Source: an uncultured Nitrospiraceae bacterium (GTDB lineage Bacteria > Nitrospirota > Nitrospiria > Nitrospirales > Nitrospiraceae). From it: DNA of 64,000 bases. Location of the stretch: positions 256,001-320,000 of the forward strand of contig CAVPLT010000005.1 of the NCBI GenBank assembly GCA_963706325.1, in the 5' to 3' direction. A program made the translations under genes and the position numbers. The stretch's first letter is position 1; each line of letters opens with the position of its first letter. Of this stretch, positions 48,968 to 59,506 are shown piece by piece. The notes under the pieces are model-generated. The model had not been told where the DNA came from. It saw only the letters and a program-made list of their open reading frames with translations, and searched no databases.

Positions 48968-49855
48968 TTGCGGATGGGAATGATTCGACGGACACACACG
49001 ACATGGAGGCAACGGGTCGCAAGAACGCAGGCCATCATGTCGGCGGCCTGGCAACTCTTGAGGGAACAGAAACAACTCCTGCTGCTTCCTATTGCCTCGT
49101 CAGCCTGTCTGCTTCTGCTTACTGGCGCCTGGGCGATTCCCGTCATTCTAGAGGCCTTCGCAGGTACGTCGCGATCGGACTCCGCGCGACTGAGCGAGGC
49201 ATGGTCTTCACTGGGGGCGTTTCTGTTCTATGTGGTGACGTACGGGATCGGGATTTTTTTCAACGCCGCGCTGGCGATCTGTGTTTTGCGAAAACTGGCG
49301 GGAAAGCCCGTTTCGATTCTTGATGGTGTGCGCGAAGCCGGCGCACTTTTCCCACAGATACTTGGCTGGGCGCTGCTGTCGGCAACGGTGGGCGTGGTCC
49401 TGAGAACGATCGAACGCCGGTCGGGGTTTATCGGCGGGGCTGTGACGAGCCTGCTCGGTTTTGCGTGGACCGTCGTGACGTTTCTGGTTGTGCCGGTTTT
49501 AGTTGCGGAGCAAAAGGGTCCGCTGGAGGCGGTGCGGGAATCTGCGCAGTTGTTGAGGCAGACGTGGGGGGAAGACCTTCTCGCCGGCATGGGGTTTGGC
49601 GCCCTGTATTTCATCTGGTCGATACCAGGAATGATTACCTTCCTACTAGGCGCGAGCATGATCACGTCCCACCTTCTTATTGCGATCGTCATCATGGCTC
49701 TGGCGATTCTGTACTTTCCGTTGCTCGTTCTCGTGCTCTCCACCCTGTCGACTATCTTCGATGTTGTCCTTTATCGGTACGCGAAGTTAGGCACGATCAC
49801 GCCTGGCTTCGATCGCGAGCTGCTGGAATCCTCGTTCATTCGCAAGGCAGTGTGA
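48968..49855 (+). CDS. Conserved membrane protein (DUF6159-like); start uncertain
   Basis: Multiple TM helices; VVPVLVAE..GP..A..ES..L...TWGE. Confidence 0.7.
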   Translation: MRMGMIRRTHTTWRQRVARTQAIMSAAWQLLREQKQLLLLPIASSACLLLLTGAWAIPVILEAFAGTSRSDSARLSEAWSSLGAFLFYVVTYGIGIFFNAALAICVLRKLAGKPVSILDGVREAGALFPQILGWALLSATVGVVLRTIERRSGFIGGAVTSLLGFAWTVVTFLVVPVLVAEQKGPLEAVRESAQLLRQTWGEDLLAGMGFGALYFIWSIPGMITFLLGASMITSHLLIAIVIMALAILYFPLLVLVLSTLSTIFDVVLYRYAKLGTITPGFDRELLESSFIRKAV

Positions 49856-49949
49856 AATTTTGTCAGGGAACAAGGGCCGAAAGAATTTCAGAAGGCATGA
49901 TAAGGGTAGTTGGCGACATCACCCTGTCCGACGGGCAGCGCTTTTCCCG

Positions 49950-50222
49950 CTATTTTTTCTGCGGCTCCAGCAGTTTCTCGCCCTTCTTGAAGACTGCATA
50001 AATCGCCTGCGATGGGCAGGCGTCCAAACATAACCGGCAGCTTTCAAGGCAACGGGAAGGGTCGAACTTATAGGGCGGCGTCGAGAGCCACGCGCTGGTC
50101 GGGCAAATGGGGACGCAAATAGCTTGATGGGTGCAACGATCGGGATGACGGACGAGATGATCGCGAATGACCAGCATGGGCTTGACTCCTTCGAAGAGAC
50201 CTTGCGAGAAGATCTCGAACAT
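49950..50222 (-). CDS. Dicluster-type Fe-S ferredoxin
   Basis: CTHQAICVPICP and CLESCRLCLDACP motifs. Confidence 0.8.
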   Translation of the reverse strand: MFEIFSQGLFEGVKPMLVIRDHLVRHPDRCTHQAICVPICPTSAWLSTPPYKFDPSRCLESCRLCLDACPSQAIYAVFKKGEKLLEPQKK

Positions 50223-50242
50223 GTTTCTTTCAGGCAGACTGC

Positions 50243-50656
50243 TCACTTCCACTCCTCGACCAGGTCTTTCAGCCGGTCCTTCAATTCCGGGATCTGTTCC
50301 ATATTATTGCGGATCGCCCCGAGAATATTTTCCAGACGCGCCGAGCGTTGAGCCTCTTTATCTTTTTTCACCAGTTGATCATACCCGACATAGGCCTCGC
50401 GGTGTGTGGGTTCGAGGTACCGGCGGCTTACTTGCAGGGCTTCGCCCAATTCGTACGGCTCCGCCGTCAATGGCGGGGCGACGATCAATGAACCTTCGGT
50501 GAAGACCACGGCCGCGGCTCCTGCCTTGCTCTTGAGCGGCGTGACGGCTTCAATTGTTTTTCCAACGAGCTGCTCCCAATGGTGAAGCAGAGCGGGAAAG
50601 GTTTTGATGTAGGCCACTTTTTCCATATTGGCCTTCCATTTTTCGTCGGCTGGCAT
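50243..50656 (-). CDS. Hypothetical protein
   Basis: GAGG RBS before MPADEKW; helical C-terminus. Confidence 0.7.
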   Translation of the reverse strand: MPADEKWKANMEKVAYIKTFPALLHHWEQLVGKTIEAVTPLKSKAGAAAVVFTEGSLIVAPPLTAEPYELGEALQVSRRYLEPTHREAYVGYDQLVKKDKEAQRSARLENILGAIRNNMEQIPELKDRLKDLVEEWK

Positions 50657-50691
50657 AGAGACCTCGCGAGATGGAACGGGTGGCGCTGGAG

Positions 50692-51039
50692 TCACACTTT
50701 CAATGGAGAAAGGAGCGGGGACGACTGATGGGGCATGAGGAGTCGTTCGACGAGTTCTCCCTTGAGGATGTGACGCTCCATGATTTCTTTCACGTCCGCC
50801 TCGGACGTGACGCGGTACCACACGCCTTCGGGATAGACCACCACGCTCGGCCCTTGGGCGCAATAATCGAGGCAGCCCGCTTTGTTGGCGCGAACGATCC
50901 CTTTGAGGTTGAGTCGCTTCGCCTCTTGTTTGAAAAAGGCGTGCAGGGCTTCAGAACCGAGCTTCGAGCAGCTGCCTCGCGGATCGTCGGGTTCCCGCTT
51001 GTTGGTACAGACGAAAATATGTCGCTGGTAGCCTGTCAT
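50692..51039 (-). CDS. Thioredoxin-like [2Fe-2S] ferredoxin
   Basis: HIFVCTN..SC...GCLDYC..GP.VVVYPEGVWY. Confidence 0.92.
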   Translation of the reverse strand: MTGYQRHIFVCTNKREPDDPRGSCSKLGSEALHAFFKQEAKRLNLKGIVRANKAGCLDYCAQGPSVVVYPEGVWYRVTSEADVKEIMERHILKGELVERLLMPHQSSPLLSPLKV

Positions 51040-51075
51040 GCGATAGATCCCGTCATTGCAGTCTGAGGTGGATGG

Positions 51076-51444
51076 TCACGCTCGAGTGTGAAATCGCTCA
51101 ATCAACTGCTTGACGTCCGCGACGTTGAGAAGCGGCGAGCCGGCGGCCTGTGTGCCTGCGATGGCGGCAATCTCCTGGAGGCGCAGCTGCGCGCGTTGTT
51201 CCGCTTCCGGCTCCGACAGGGCCGAGGCCTGTCCCTTCACAAGTTTGTCGAACTCGGCGTGGATGTCGCGAAAATCGCGTTGCAGGTGTTTCATCATCGA
51301 GCAGGGGTCGCAATACCACTTAGGACTTTGATCCGAAGCAGGCGAGAGGCGATCATACGTGCGTCCGAAAAAGTCCTTGCCCAGCGACTGCTTCATCAAA
51401 GGGGTGCCTGTGACGTGGCAGGCATTACAAGATCCGGCATCCAT
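51076..51444 (-). CDS. Hypothetical protein with two CxxC motifs
   Basis: CNAC...WYCDPC; AGAGGAG upstream. Confidence 0.65.
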   Translation of the reverse strand: MDAGSCNACHVTGTPLMKQSLGKDFFGRTYDRLSPASDQSPKWYCDPCSMMKHLQRDFRDIHAEFDKLVKGQASALSEPEAEQRAQLRLQEIAAIAGTQAAGSPLLNVADVKQLIERFHTRA

Positions 51445-51609
51445 GCGCGAGGTGCTCCTCTGTAACGGAAGTGATCGATAGAGCGCGGATCTTACCGCAC
51501 TGATCTTTGTCGTAGCAAGGTGTACATGTCCCGTGACGCATCGGCGATAGGTGCGTCCGTGTATAATAAAATCAGCGGAAAAAAATGACTGGAAGCCAAG
51601 GAGGCGGAT

Positions 51610-52713
51610 GTGCTCATCGGCGTTCCTAAAGAGATCAAGGATCATGAGTATCGGGTGAGCGTGACGCCGGACGGCGTGCGCCTGTTACGCGCATCAGGGC
51701 ATCAAGTATTAGTGGAACCGTCAGCGGGACAAGGCAGCGGGTTCACAGACGAAGCCTATCGGCAGGCAGGCGCGCAGGTGGTTCGAGATAAAGAAGACGT
51801 CTTCCGACAGGCAGACCTGATCGTGAAGGTCAAGGAGCCGCAATTGTCGGAGTGCGCGTTTTTCCGCCCTGGCCAAGCCCTCTTTACGTACTTACATCTG
51901 GCATCCTTGCCCGATTTGACGAAGGCGCTGGTCGCGTCACGGATTACCGCGATTGCCTATGAAACCGTCGAAGCTGGGGACCACAGCCTTCCCATCTTAC
52001 GGCCGATGAGCGAAATTGCCGGGCGATTGGCGGTCCAAGTGGGCGCCCACTATCTGGAACAGGTGCACGGAGGGCGGGGACTGTTGCTGGCCGGCGTTCC
52101 CGGTGTGCCGCCTGGTCATGTGGTGGTGCTTGGGGCGGGAGTGGTGGGTACGTCGGCGGTCAGGATTGCCGTCGGTATGGGAGCGCGGGTGACCGTCATC
52201 AATTTGGATCTTGATCGCTTGCGAGCGCTCGACGATTTGTACGGCGGGCGCATCACAACCTGTGCCGCCACGCAGCCGGCCATCGAACGCGCCCTTATCG
52301 ATGCCGATCTGGTGATCGGCGCGGTGCTGGTCCCCGGAGCGCGCGCCCCTAAGGTCATCTCGCGCGAGGCCATGTCGAAAATGAAGCCCGGTTCTGTCTT
52401 CGTGGATGTCGCCGTCGACCAGGGCGGGTGCAGTGAAACGACGAAGCCCACGACTCATTCGGATCCTGTGTATGTCGTGGAGGGTGTCCTTCACTACTGC
52501 GTGACGAACATGCCCGGCATCGTTCCTCACACCTCTACACTGGCCTTAACCAACACCACCCTCCCTTACGTAGTCCGCCTCGCTTCGGAAGGAGTCGAAC
52601 ATGCGATTGGTTCGGATCCCGGTTTGGCTAAAGGTGTGAATGTGATGGACGGCACAGTGACGTGCCAAGCTGTGGCTGAAGCACACGGCTTGCGTTTTAC
52701 CCCCCTGTTGTAA
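51610..52713 (+). CDS. ald: Alanine dehydrogenase
   Basis: [35 protein letters not shown]. Confidence 0.96.
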   Translation: MLIGVPKEIKDHEYRVSVTPDGVRLLRASGHQVLVEPSAGQGSGFTDEAYRQAGAQVVRDKEDVFRQADLIVKVKEPQLSECAFFRPGQALFTYLHLASLPDLTKALVASRITAIAYETVEAGDHSLPILRPMSEIAGRLAVQVGAHYLEQVHGGRGLLLAGVPGVPPGHVVVLGAGVVGTSAVRIAVGMGARVTVINLDLDRLRALDDLYGGRITTCAATQPAIERALIDADLVIGAVLVPGARAPKVISREAMSKMKPGSVFVDVAVDQGGCSETTKPTTHSDPVYVVEGVLHYCVTNMPGIVPHTSTLALTNTTLPYVVRLASEGVEHAIGSDPGLAKGVNVMDGTVTCQAVAEAHGLRFTPLL

Positions 52714-52747
52714 GACAATCTCGAACTCGTGCTCGGTTCTGCCCGGT

Positions 52748-52826
<79 letters not shown>

Positions 52827-53210
52827 CCGTACAATACCCAACCTGTGCGGGGACACCCACTCCTTTAACATCTCCTATTGTGGCCTGCATGGTTGATGTG
52901 CAGGTCGGATGCAGCTCTCAACCAATTTCTTCCGCCCCTTTCGTGTCCTGCTGCGTGTGGTTCTGCGTTCAACTCATCCCTTTGCATCGGTGTCGTGAGA
53001 ACGAAGTTGTGTCGTGTGAAATGGTGGCGTGTGAGAATTCGCTTTCGCGCTCATGCTCCGTCTTTGATCGTCCGATATATGTCTATAGCAGGGTAGTAAT
53101 GTCGCATAAACTTGTAAATCACGTGACGATGTTTGGGAGCTGTGAGAGTATCCTGGTCTGGATGCCCCATGCCGGTGCCAGTTGTGCAACCACGTAGAGG
53201 CCTGCGAGCG

Positions 53211-53498
53211 ATGACCAAGACCGACGCTTCTGTGCGTGCAAAAATTCTGGTGAGCGGGCATGTGCAAGGAGTCGGCTACCGTGCCTTCGCCTGCCGCGCG
53301 GCAAGCTCGCGTGGGCTGACCGGTGGCGTCGAGAATCTCGATAGCGGGCAGGTGGCTCTGGATGTCGAAGGGACCAAAGCGTCGCTTGAAGACTTGTTAG
53401 CGGATCTTAAAAAAGGGCCGGTGGGGGCACGCGTATCGCAAGTCCAAGTGGAGTGGAGTCACGCCACCGGCCGCCATCACGATTTCACGATTTGGTAG
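53211..53498 (+). CDS. acyP: Acylphosphatase
   Basis: [21 protein letters not shown]. Confidence 0.92.
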   Translation: MTKTDASVRAKILVSGHVQGVGYRAFACRAASSRGLTGGVENLDSGQVALDVEGTKASLEDLLADLKKGPVGARVSQVQVEWSHATGRHHDFTIW

Positions 53499-53512
53499 CA
53501 GGTCACGAATTT

Positions 53513-54511
53513 ATGGCTCGACGTGCAACAGTTCGCCACGGTGCAGAGATGACTCCTCCCACATCAGTTCGCCGCCCACGCGCCGCGCGCGATGAGGACG
53601 ATGCCGACGCAGAACCGCAGGAGGGATCTGAGGCGGAAGCATCGGGAGCGGAGAGTCGTCCTGCGGAATCGGGGCGGGCTGAAGGCCTCGACACGATCAA
53701 GAGTTACCTGCGCGAAGTGCGCAAGTCGACCCTCCTGAATTTTAAGCAGGAACAGTCGCTGGGTAAACGCGTCATGGCCGGCGACGAAGCCGCTCGCCAG
53801 GAAATGATCGAGGCCAATCTCCGACTGGTGATCAGCATTGGGAAGCGCTACATGAACCGCGGCTTTCCTTTTGCCGACATCGTCGAAGAAGGCAATCTTG
53901 GCCTGATTAAAGCGGTCGAGAAGTTTAACTATAAGCGTGGGTTCCGCTTCAGTACCTACGCCTCCTGGTGGATCCGTCAATTCATTGAACGCGCCATCAT
54001 CAATCAGGGCAAGCTGGTCCGGTTGCCGGTCCATGTCGTGGAGCGCTTGAACCGTTATCTGGGCAAGGTCGAACAGCTGGTGCATGAGTTGGGTCGTGAG
54101 CCCCGGACTGAAGAAGTGGCTGCCAAATTGAAAACCAGCGAGGCAGAAGTCGACGATCTTAAGCAATTGGTCCGCACGACCTGCTCGCTGGACAGCCCGA
54201 TCAGCGACCGCCAAGACACATTTCTGCGGGATGTGATCGAAGACCCGCTCTGCCTCACTCCGGCGGAGACGACCGAGGGGGTCATGCGCCGGGCGGAGCT
54301 CATGGCCTGGGTGAAGGAGTTGCCTGAAAAGGAGCGCACGGTGATTCTGGCGCGATTTGGACTTGACGGAGCCGAGTCGCGGACGTTAGAAGAGATCGGC
54401 CGTGAGATGGGACTGACTCGTGAGCGGGTTCGCCAGATTGAAACGGCCGCCTTGGTCAGGCTCCGCGGAATCATCGAACGGAAAACCATGAAGCGGGCGG
54501 ATCTCCTATGA
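53513..54511 (+). CDS. RNA polymerase sigma-70 family factor (RpoS/RpoD-like)
   Basis: YLREV region 1.2, [41 protein letters not shown]. Confidence 0.93.
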   Translation: MARRATVRHGAEMTPPTSVRRPRAARDEDDADAEPQEGSEAEASGAESRPAESGRAEGLDTIKSYLREVRKSTLLNFKQEQSLGKRVMAGDEAARQEMIEANLRLVISIGKRYMNRGFPFADIVEEGNLGLIKAVEKFNYKRGFRFSTYASWWIRQFIERAIINQGKLVRLPVHVVERLNRYLGKVEQLVHELGREPRTEEVAAKLKTSEAEVDDLKQLVRTTCSLDSPISDRQDTFLRDVIEDPLCLTPAETTEGVMRRAELMAWVKELPEKERTVILARFGLDGAESRTLEEIGREMGLTRERVRQIETAALVRLRGIIERKTMKRADLL

Positions 54512-54535
54512 GAATGTCCCGCAGCGATTGCCCCC

Positions 54536-55051
54536 ATGAACTACAAAGCTCTCATCCGAGAAGTTCCCAACTTTCCTAAGCCCGGCATTCTTTTCTACGA
54601 CATCACAACCCTTCTTAAGGACCCCCAGGCTTTCCGGTCGATCGCCGACGACCTTGCGGCACGTTACGAGGGACAAGGCATTGCGAAAGTGATCGGGATC
54701 GAGTCGCGGGGATTCATTCTGGGCGGGACATTGGCCGACCGCCTCGGTGCCGGCTTCGTTCCCGTGCGAAAGCCAGGGAAACTGCCGGCCGATATCTTTG
54801 AAGTGAAATATAATCTTGAATATGGATCTAGCGCACTGGCGATCCATCGAGATGCCGTGGCGATCGGGGAACGCGTGCTTATTGTGGACGACCTTCTGGC
54901 CACTGGTGGAACGGCGGCGGCCACCGTGCACCTGATCCGCCAACTCGGCGGGGAAATCGCAGGGCTGGATTTTCTCGTAGAGCTAAAAGGCCTGAACGGA
55001 CGCGACAGGCTCATTGGTCACGAGGTGCACTCGACGATCATATATCCATAA
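54536..55051 (+). CDS. apt: Adenine phosphoribosyltransferase
   Basis: [33 protein letters not shown]. Confidence 0.97.
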   Translation: MNYKALIREVPNFPKPGILFYDITTLLKDPQAFRSIADDLAARYEGQGIAKVIGIESRGFILGGTLADRLGAGFVPVRKPGKLPADIFEVKYNLEYGSSALAIHRDAVAIGERVLIVDDLLATGGTAAATVHLIRQLGGEIAGLDFLVELKGLNGRDRLIGHEVHSTIIYP

Positions 55052-55156
55052 GCCCCCAACATCTAGGGGAGTCAGGTACTTGCCAAACGATCTGTAGCGT
55101 GATATATCTGCCAAACTTTTTCGCCTTGCACTCATCACGAAAGGGCATGAGAATCT

Positions 55157-55732
55157 ATGGCGACGAAAGTCCACGCGAAGAAAAACACACCAACGACGAA
55201 AGTAAAAGCCGCCGCTCCTGAGAAGCCTGTTAAGAAAGAGCGACCGGCTCCGGTGACTCCTATGACTCAAAAAGATGAAGACAGTGTTGCCGCGCGAGTT
55301 GTTGCGGCGCTTACCCTGAAGGAAACACCAAAAGAACGGGAAGAGCGTCAGCATCGGCGCGAAGCCTTGCAGCGGATGCTGCTAAGCAAGCGCCAGGAAA
55401 TTATACGCGAAATCGAGGGCAATCTCGGTCAATCCCTGACTGAAGATCAACAGCGTCGCTTGGAATCTGCTCGTGATGTGGGGGATCAAGCGCTCATGGA
55501 CTTGGATCGCGAGCTCGGTATCTCATTGATGGAGATGCGGAACCGGAGGCGCCAGGCGATCGACGAAGCCTTGATGCGGTTGAACGAGGGGACCTACGGG
55601 ATTTGCGCAGAATGCGGCATCGAGGTCAGTGAAAAGCGTTTGGAAGCGGTGCCGTTCGCCAAGTTGTGCGTCCAATGCCAGTCTCGACAGGAACTTCTCG
55701 AAAAGATCGAGAAGGAAGAGGATCGCGACTAG
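55157..55732 (+). CDS. dksA: DksA/TraR family C4 zinc-finger protein
   Basis: DVGDQA tip motif, YGICAECG..RLEAVPFAKLCVQC. Confidence 0.85.
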   Translation: MATKVHAKKNTPTTKVKAAAPEKPVKKERPAPVTPMTQKDEDSVAARVVAALTLKETPKEREERQHRREALQRMLLSKRQEIIREIEGNLGQSLTEDQQRRLESARDVGDQALMDLDRELGISLMEMRNRRRQAIDEALMRLNEGTYGICAECGIEVSEKRLEAVPFAKLCVQCQSRQELLEKIEKEEDRD

Positions 55733-55767
55733 TTCCTCAGACTGGTCGCCATACCTTTCGTTCAGTG

Positions 55768-55796
55768 TGAAAGCTGCACCAGTGGTGCAGCTTTCA
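55768..55796. terminator. Perfect 14-bp inverted repeat between dksA and queC (terminator or operator)
   Basis: TGAAAGCTGCACCA-G-TGGTGCAGCTTTCA. Confidence 0.5.
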
Positions 55797-55843
55797 TGAC
55801 TTTCTCGCCGGTGTAATGATCCGCCCGTTCCTCTCCACTTCTT

Positions 55844-56542
55844 ATGACGCAGGTCGTCCCGAAGGCAGTCGTGTTGCTGAGTGGTGGGCTGGACTCCACC
55901 GTGACGGCGGCCATAGCCCAACGTGACGGATTTCGCATTTATTGTGTGACCATTTCGTACGGACAGCGCCATGTGGTTGAAGTGAACCGGGCAGGCGCAG
56001 TCGCCCGAGCGTTACATGCGGCGAGCCATATTGTCGTCGAGGCTAACCTGAGAGCGTTTGGAGGGTCGGCCCTCACTGCTGACGTCGAGGTTCCTAAGGA
56101 TCGCACCCAAAAAGAGCGGTCGGGGGCGATTCCCGTCACCTATGTTCCGGCCCGCAATACCATTTTTCTGTCGCTGGCCTTGGCCTATGCCGAGACCCTC
56201 GATGCGCAGATGATCTACTTTGGAGCAAATGTATTAGACTATTCCGGCTATCCGGACTGTCGGCCTGAGTTTATCCGCGCCTTTGAGAACGTTGCGCGGG
56301 TGGGGACGAAAATGGGCGCCGAAGGCCGGGGGATCGAGGTGCGCGCGCCTCTCCTCAAGCAATCCAAGGCGGAGATTGTACGATGCGGTCAGGAACTCCA
56401 GGTTCCGTTCGAGCTCACCCACAGTTGTTACGACCCTGGAGATAACGGGATGGCGTGCGGCCGGTGTGACAGTTGCCGCATCCGACGAGAGGGCTTTCGT
56501 CAAGCCGGAGTTGTGGACCCTATCCCCTATGCGATACCTTAA
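55844..56542 (+). CDS. queC: 7-cyano-7-deazaguanine synthase
   Basis: SGGLDS, YGQRH, TYVPARN, YPDCRPEF, C..CDSC. Confidence 0.97.
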   Translation: MTQVVPKAVVLLSGGLDSTVTAAIAQRDGFRIYCVTISYGQRHVVEVNRAGAVARALHAASHIVVEANLRAFGGSALTADVEVPKDRTQKERSGAIPVTYVPARNTIFLSLALAYAETLDAQMIYFGANVLDYSGYPDCRPEFIRAFENVARVGTKMGAEGRGIEVRAPLLKQSKAEIVRCGQELQVPFELTHSCYDPGDNGMACGRCDSCRIRREGFRQAGVVDPIPYAIP

Positions 56543-56632
56543 CCGTAAGTGACAAACGCGCCGATACGGTGTCGGAATCTTTTGTCAGCACCATGCCGTT
56601 GATGGCGCCGCTACGCCATTGTCTGGAGAAAT

Positions 56633-56815
56633 GTGGCTATGACCCCTGAAGAGTTCTTTATGTATCTGATCATTGCTTTGGTGATCGCGGCACCAATCGG
56701 CGCACGAGTCTACCGGCGATTGACATTGAATCGCACCACGCGAATGTTGCGCGAGCAGCTGAACCAATCACAGGTCAATCGGTCAACGACGACGCCACCG
56801 GAACCCCCACGATGA
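56633..56815 (+). CDS. Small single-pass membrane protein
   Basis: GGAGA RBS, one TM helix, ATGA overlap with the cytochrome c gene. Confidence 0.6.
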   Translation: MAMTPEEFFMYLIIALVIAAPIGARVYRRLTLNRTTRMLREQLNQSQVNRSTTTPPEPPR

Positions 56816-57237
56816 GGCGAATCATGCAAAGCGATATCGGAATGAACGTGTGGTGGCGCGGGGCCGGACTGGGCCTGCTGATGGCGGTGCTGGCCGCCTG
56901 TGAATCGGGTGCCAGCAATCCTGAGGCGGCTAAACCTGCCGGGGCTACCGCGGTGCCGGCAGAAGTCCAGGTGGGTGAAGCGAAGTTCATCGCCCACTGC
57001 GCGGGCTGTCATGGCACTCGAGCTGTTGGGACGAAGGAAGGTCCTCCACTGGCGCATAAAATCTATGAACCGAATCATCATTCGGATGTCGCGTTCCAAC
57101 GGGCCGCGGAAAACGGCGTCCGGGCTCATCATTGGGAGTTCGGCAACATGCCGAAGATCGAAGGTGTGACGGCTGGAGACGTCGATCATATCATTCGGTA
57201 TGTGCGATGGCTCCAGCGCGAGGCCGGGATCTATTAG
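56812..57237 (+). CDS. Monoheme cytochrome c, predicted lipoprotein
   Basis: LAAC lipobox, CAGCHG, distal Met in FGNMP. Confidence 0.9.
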   Translation: MRRIMQSDIGMNVWWRGAGLGLLMAVLAACESGASNPEAAKPAGATAVPAEVQVGEAKFIAHCAGCHGTRAVGTKEGPPLAHKIYEPNHHSDVAFQRAAENGVRAHHWEFGNMPKIEGVTAGDVDHIIRYVRWLQREAGIY

Positions 57238-57411
57238 CGACAACGCCTCATTCCGGGATTCTGCTCCTCATGGCCATTGTCCGTACTCCAGCATGTTGGT
57301 TTGACAACATGATCATGCGGTTCGTAATGTAATCGCATCGCCTCGCGCCTGTCGAACCCGCAGGAGGCCACGGGGCGTGACTCTGGCCCGATCTAACTAC
57401 AGGAGGAATCT

Positions 57412-58245
57412 ATGCGACGGCAAACCTGGTCCATGGTGGGAATCATGGGAACTGTGGGGGCCCTGCTGTTCATGTCGGGTTGTGCGGCGATCGATGCCGG
57501 CTTTGAGGGGGTCTTGGTCGAACAACCGTTCTTCTTCGGCCACGGGGGGATTGATGCGACTCCCTCCAAGACCGGCCGTGTCTGGACTGCGCCAACCACG
57601 AGGGTCATTGATGTGGATGTTCGGCCGTTGCAGTACTCTGAACACTTCGACATCATTTCCGCTGAGAATGCCCCGGTGTCGTTTGATGCGTTCATGATCG
57701 CCAATGTCGTCGAAGGGCGATCACCGGAACTCATCGGCCGCTATGGGACCCACTGGTATCAGAACAACGTGAAGGAAGCGTTCCGCACCTTTGTTCGGGA
57801 AGAGGTGCAACGGTACCCGCTCTTTCAGCTGACGACTGATCCGACAACCAGGACGAAGTTGCAGGATGCCATTGCGCGTGAGGTTCAGAGCAAGCTCATC
57901 GATAAGCAAAACATGCCGATCCGGCTCAATCGGGTGGTCGTCGGCAGCATCCTCCCGCCGAAAGGGGTGGTAGAGCAGACGACTCAGACCATTGTGCAGG
58001 AGCAGCGGAAGATCACCATGGTCGAGTTCCAAAAAGCCGAAGAAGCGCGTGAAAAGGCCGAGAAGCAGCGCGGGATCGCAGACCGTGCCTATCGCGAATC
58101 GTTGGGGCTGACCGCGCCGGAATTTGTCGACCTCCGTCGCGTCGAAGTGCAGAAGGAAATCGTCCAGCATTCGCCTTCGGCCCTGACCGTCATTATGGGA
58201 CTGGAGCGCGTCGGCATCAACCTGCCACCCGGTGCTGAACGGTAA
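57412..58245 (+). CDS. SPFH (band 7) domain lipoprotein
   Basis: MSGC lipobox, IDAGFEGVLV, C-terminal coiled coil; AGGAGG RBS. Confidence 0.82.
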   Translation: MRRQTWSMVGIMGTVGALLFMSGCAAIDAGFEGVLVEQPFFFGHGGIDATPSKTGRVWTAPTTRVIDVDVRPLQYSEHFDIISAENAPVSFDAFMIANVVEGRSPELIGRYGTHWYQNNVKEAFRTFVREEVQRYPLFQLTTDPTTRTKLQDAIAREVQSKLIDKQNMPIRLNRVVVGSILPPKGVVEQTTQTIVQEQRKITMVEFQKAEEAREKAEKQRGIADRAYRESLGLTAPEFVDLRRVEVQKEIVQHSPSALTVIMGLERVGINLPPGAER

Positions 58246-58280
58246 TGCTTGTGAGTAGCGCTGTGGTGAACTATTACAGG

Positions 58281-58312
58281 GCTGAAGAGCGGGGCCGGTA
58301 TCGCTCTTCAGC
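58281..58312. terminator. Hairpin between convergent genes
   Basis: GCTGAAGAGCG...CGCTCTTCAGC 11-bp stem. Confidence 0.6.
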
Positions 58313-58315
58313 TGG

Positions 58316-59056
58316 TTATTTCACAAGCCAGACGCGATAGGTTTTCGTATTGAGGGGTCTGGCCACCTTCAACGTGCCGACTTCCCCGGGATTCATCACA
58401 TCCTCACCGGTGGCCGTTTTTCTGGCCGGGTGGCGCGTGCTCCGCAGCAGTATGCCTTGGTCATCGTAGAAATCCACCATTACGTCCGCCGCTTCCCGCA
58501 GCGTCCCTTGATAGGCCGTCCCGAGCCAATCGAGCCGCTTCAGGGCTTGGTAGACGATGACGACCGTCCCGTCGAGATCTTCGCGAGTGCTGAGAATCTT
58601 CAACGCTCTATTTTGATCTACGCCGAGTTCATTTCCACTTGCTGCCTGAGCCATGAGGACTCGTTCCACACTATCTGGCTGAAAGACTGCCTTTACCTTG
58701 CAGTACACCGTCCGGCCCTTTTCACTTTGTTGCAAGATCTGCTGGTTGCTGGCGTGCTGTGCCGCCAAAGTCTGAATGAGATTGTGAAAAAATTTCGAAT
58801 CAACGATTGACACCGTCCGTTCGCGCACCGCCGCCGTGGTGCTGATGGCCTGACGAAGGGCTTCTAAACAAGCCACCTGTTTCGCTTCCGCGACGGTTTC
58901 CGGTTCGTGATAGGCGTATCGATAATCGCCGACAATGTCGATCGTGGGGCTTTCTGTAAAGGCCAGCGGCGGCGCGACGCAGACCAGAGATTGCGCCACA
59001 CAAGCCAGGATGACAGTCCTTCTCGACATGGTTCGCAGCGTGGTCATACATGCCAC
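58316..59056 (-). CDS. Hypothetical exported protein
   Basis: Signal-like leader; AGGAGG near the start. Confidence 0.7.
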   Translation of the reverse strand: MACMTTLRTMSRRTVILACVAQSLVCVAPPLAFTESPTIDIVGDYRYAYHEPETVAEAKQVACLEALRQAISTTAAVRERTVSIVDSKFFHNLIQTLAAQHASNQQILQQSEKGRTVYCKVKAVFQPDSVERVLMAQAASGNELGVDQNRALKILSTREDLDGTVVIVYQALKRLDWLGTAYQGTLREAADVMVDFYDDQGILLRSTRHPARKTATGEDVMNPGEVGTLKVARPLNTKTYRVWLVK

Positions 59057-59506
59057 CTCCTGTTCTGTGGCAGCTTCACAGGCCGCATTATGGCCCTCGG
59101 ATTGGAGCGCAGTCGCATTATGCTACCACGCGTTCAGGCCTTGAGCAAAGCGACTCAGGCCGAGGGAGCTGTGAGGGGCTCGATGATCGCTTAGTTAGGC
59201 AGCGGCGCATTGTCTCCGCACGATTGCTGACGACCACATACGGCGAGAAGCCGGGCTTAGAGCCTCGTGACTAGGAGTTACTGCGTCTCGCATATGTGAG
59301 GGTGAAACACAACGATGCGATATTAGAAAGCATGGGTTCAGTGTGCGGGTCACAGGCGCGTGTCTCAATCCTGGTGGGACCTCGCTCCTATGAAGCCTGC
59401 TCCGCAGCACCACGCGGATCAGGACGGAAACAGTCTGCAACGTGGTGAGAAACCTCAGCATGCCTTGACTTGATCGAGGTCTTCACTCACACTCTGACCT
59501 CACACT

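Noticed and set aside
51076..51444. CNACH as a heme c attachment site
   Set aside because: No signal peptide, and a second CxxC is present; a Zn site is more plausible
55733..55843. preQ1 riboswitch before queC
   Set aside because: No characteristic short stem with an A-rich 3' tail
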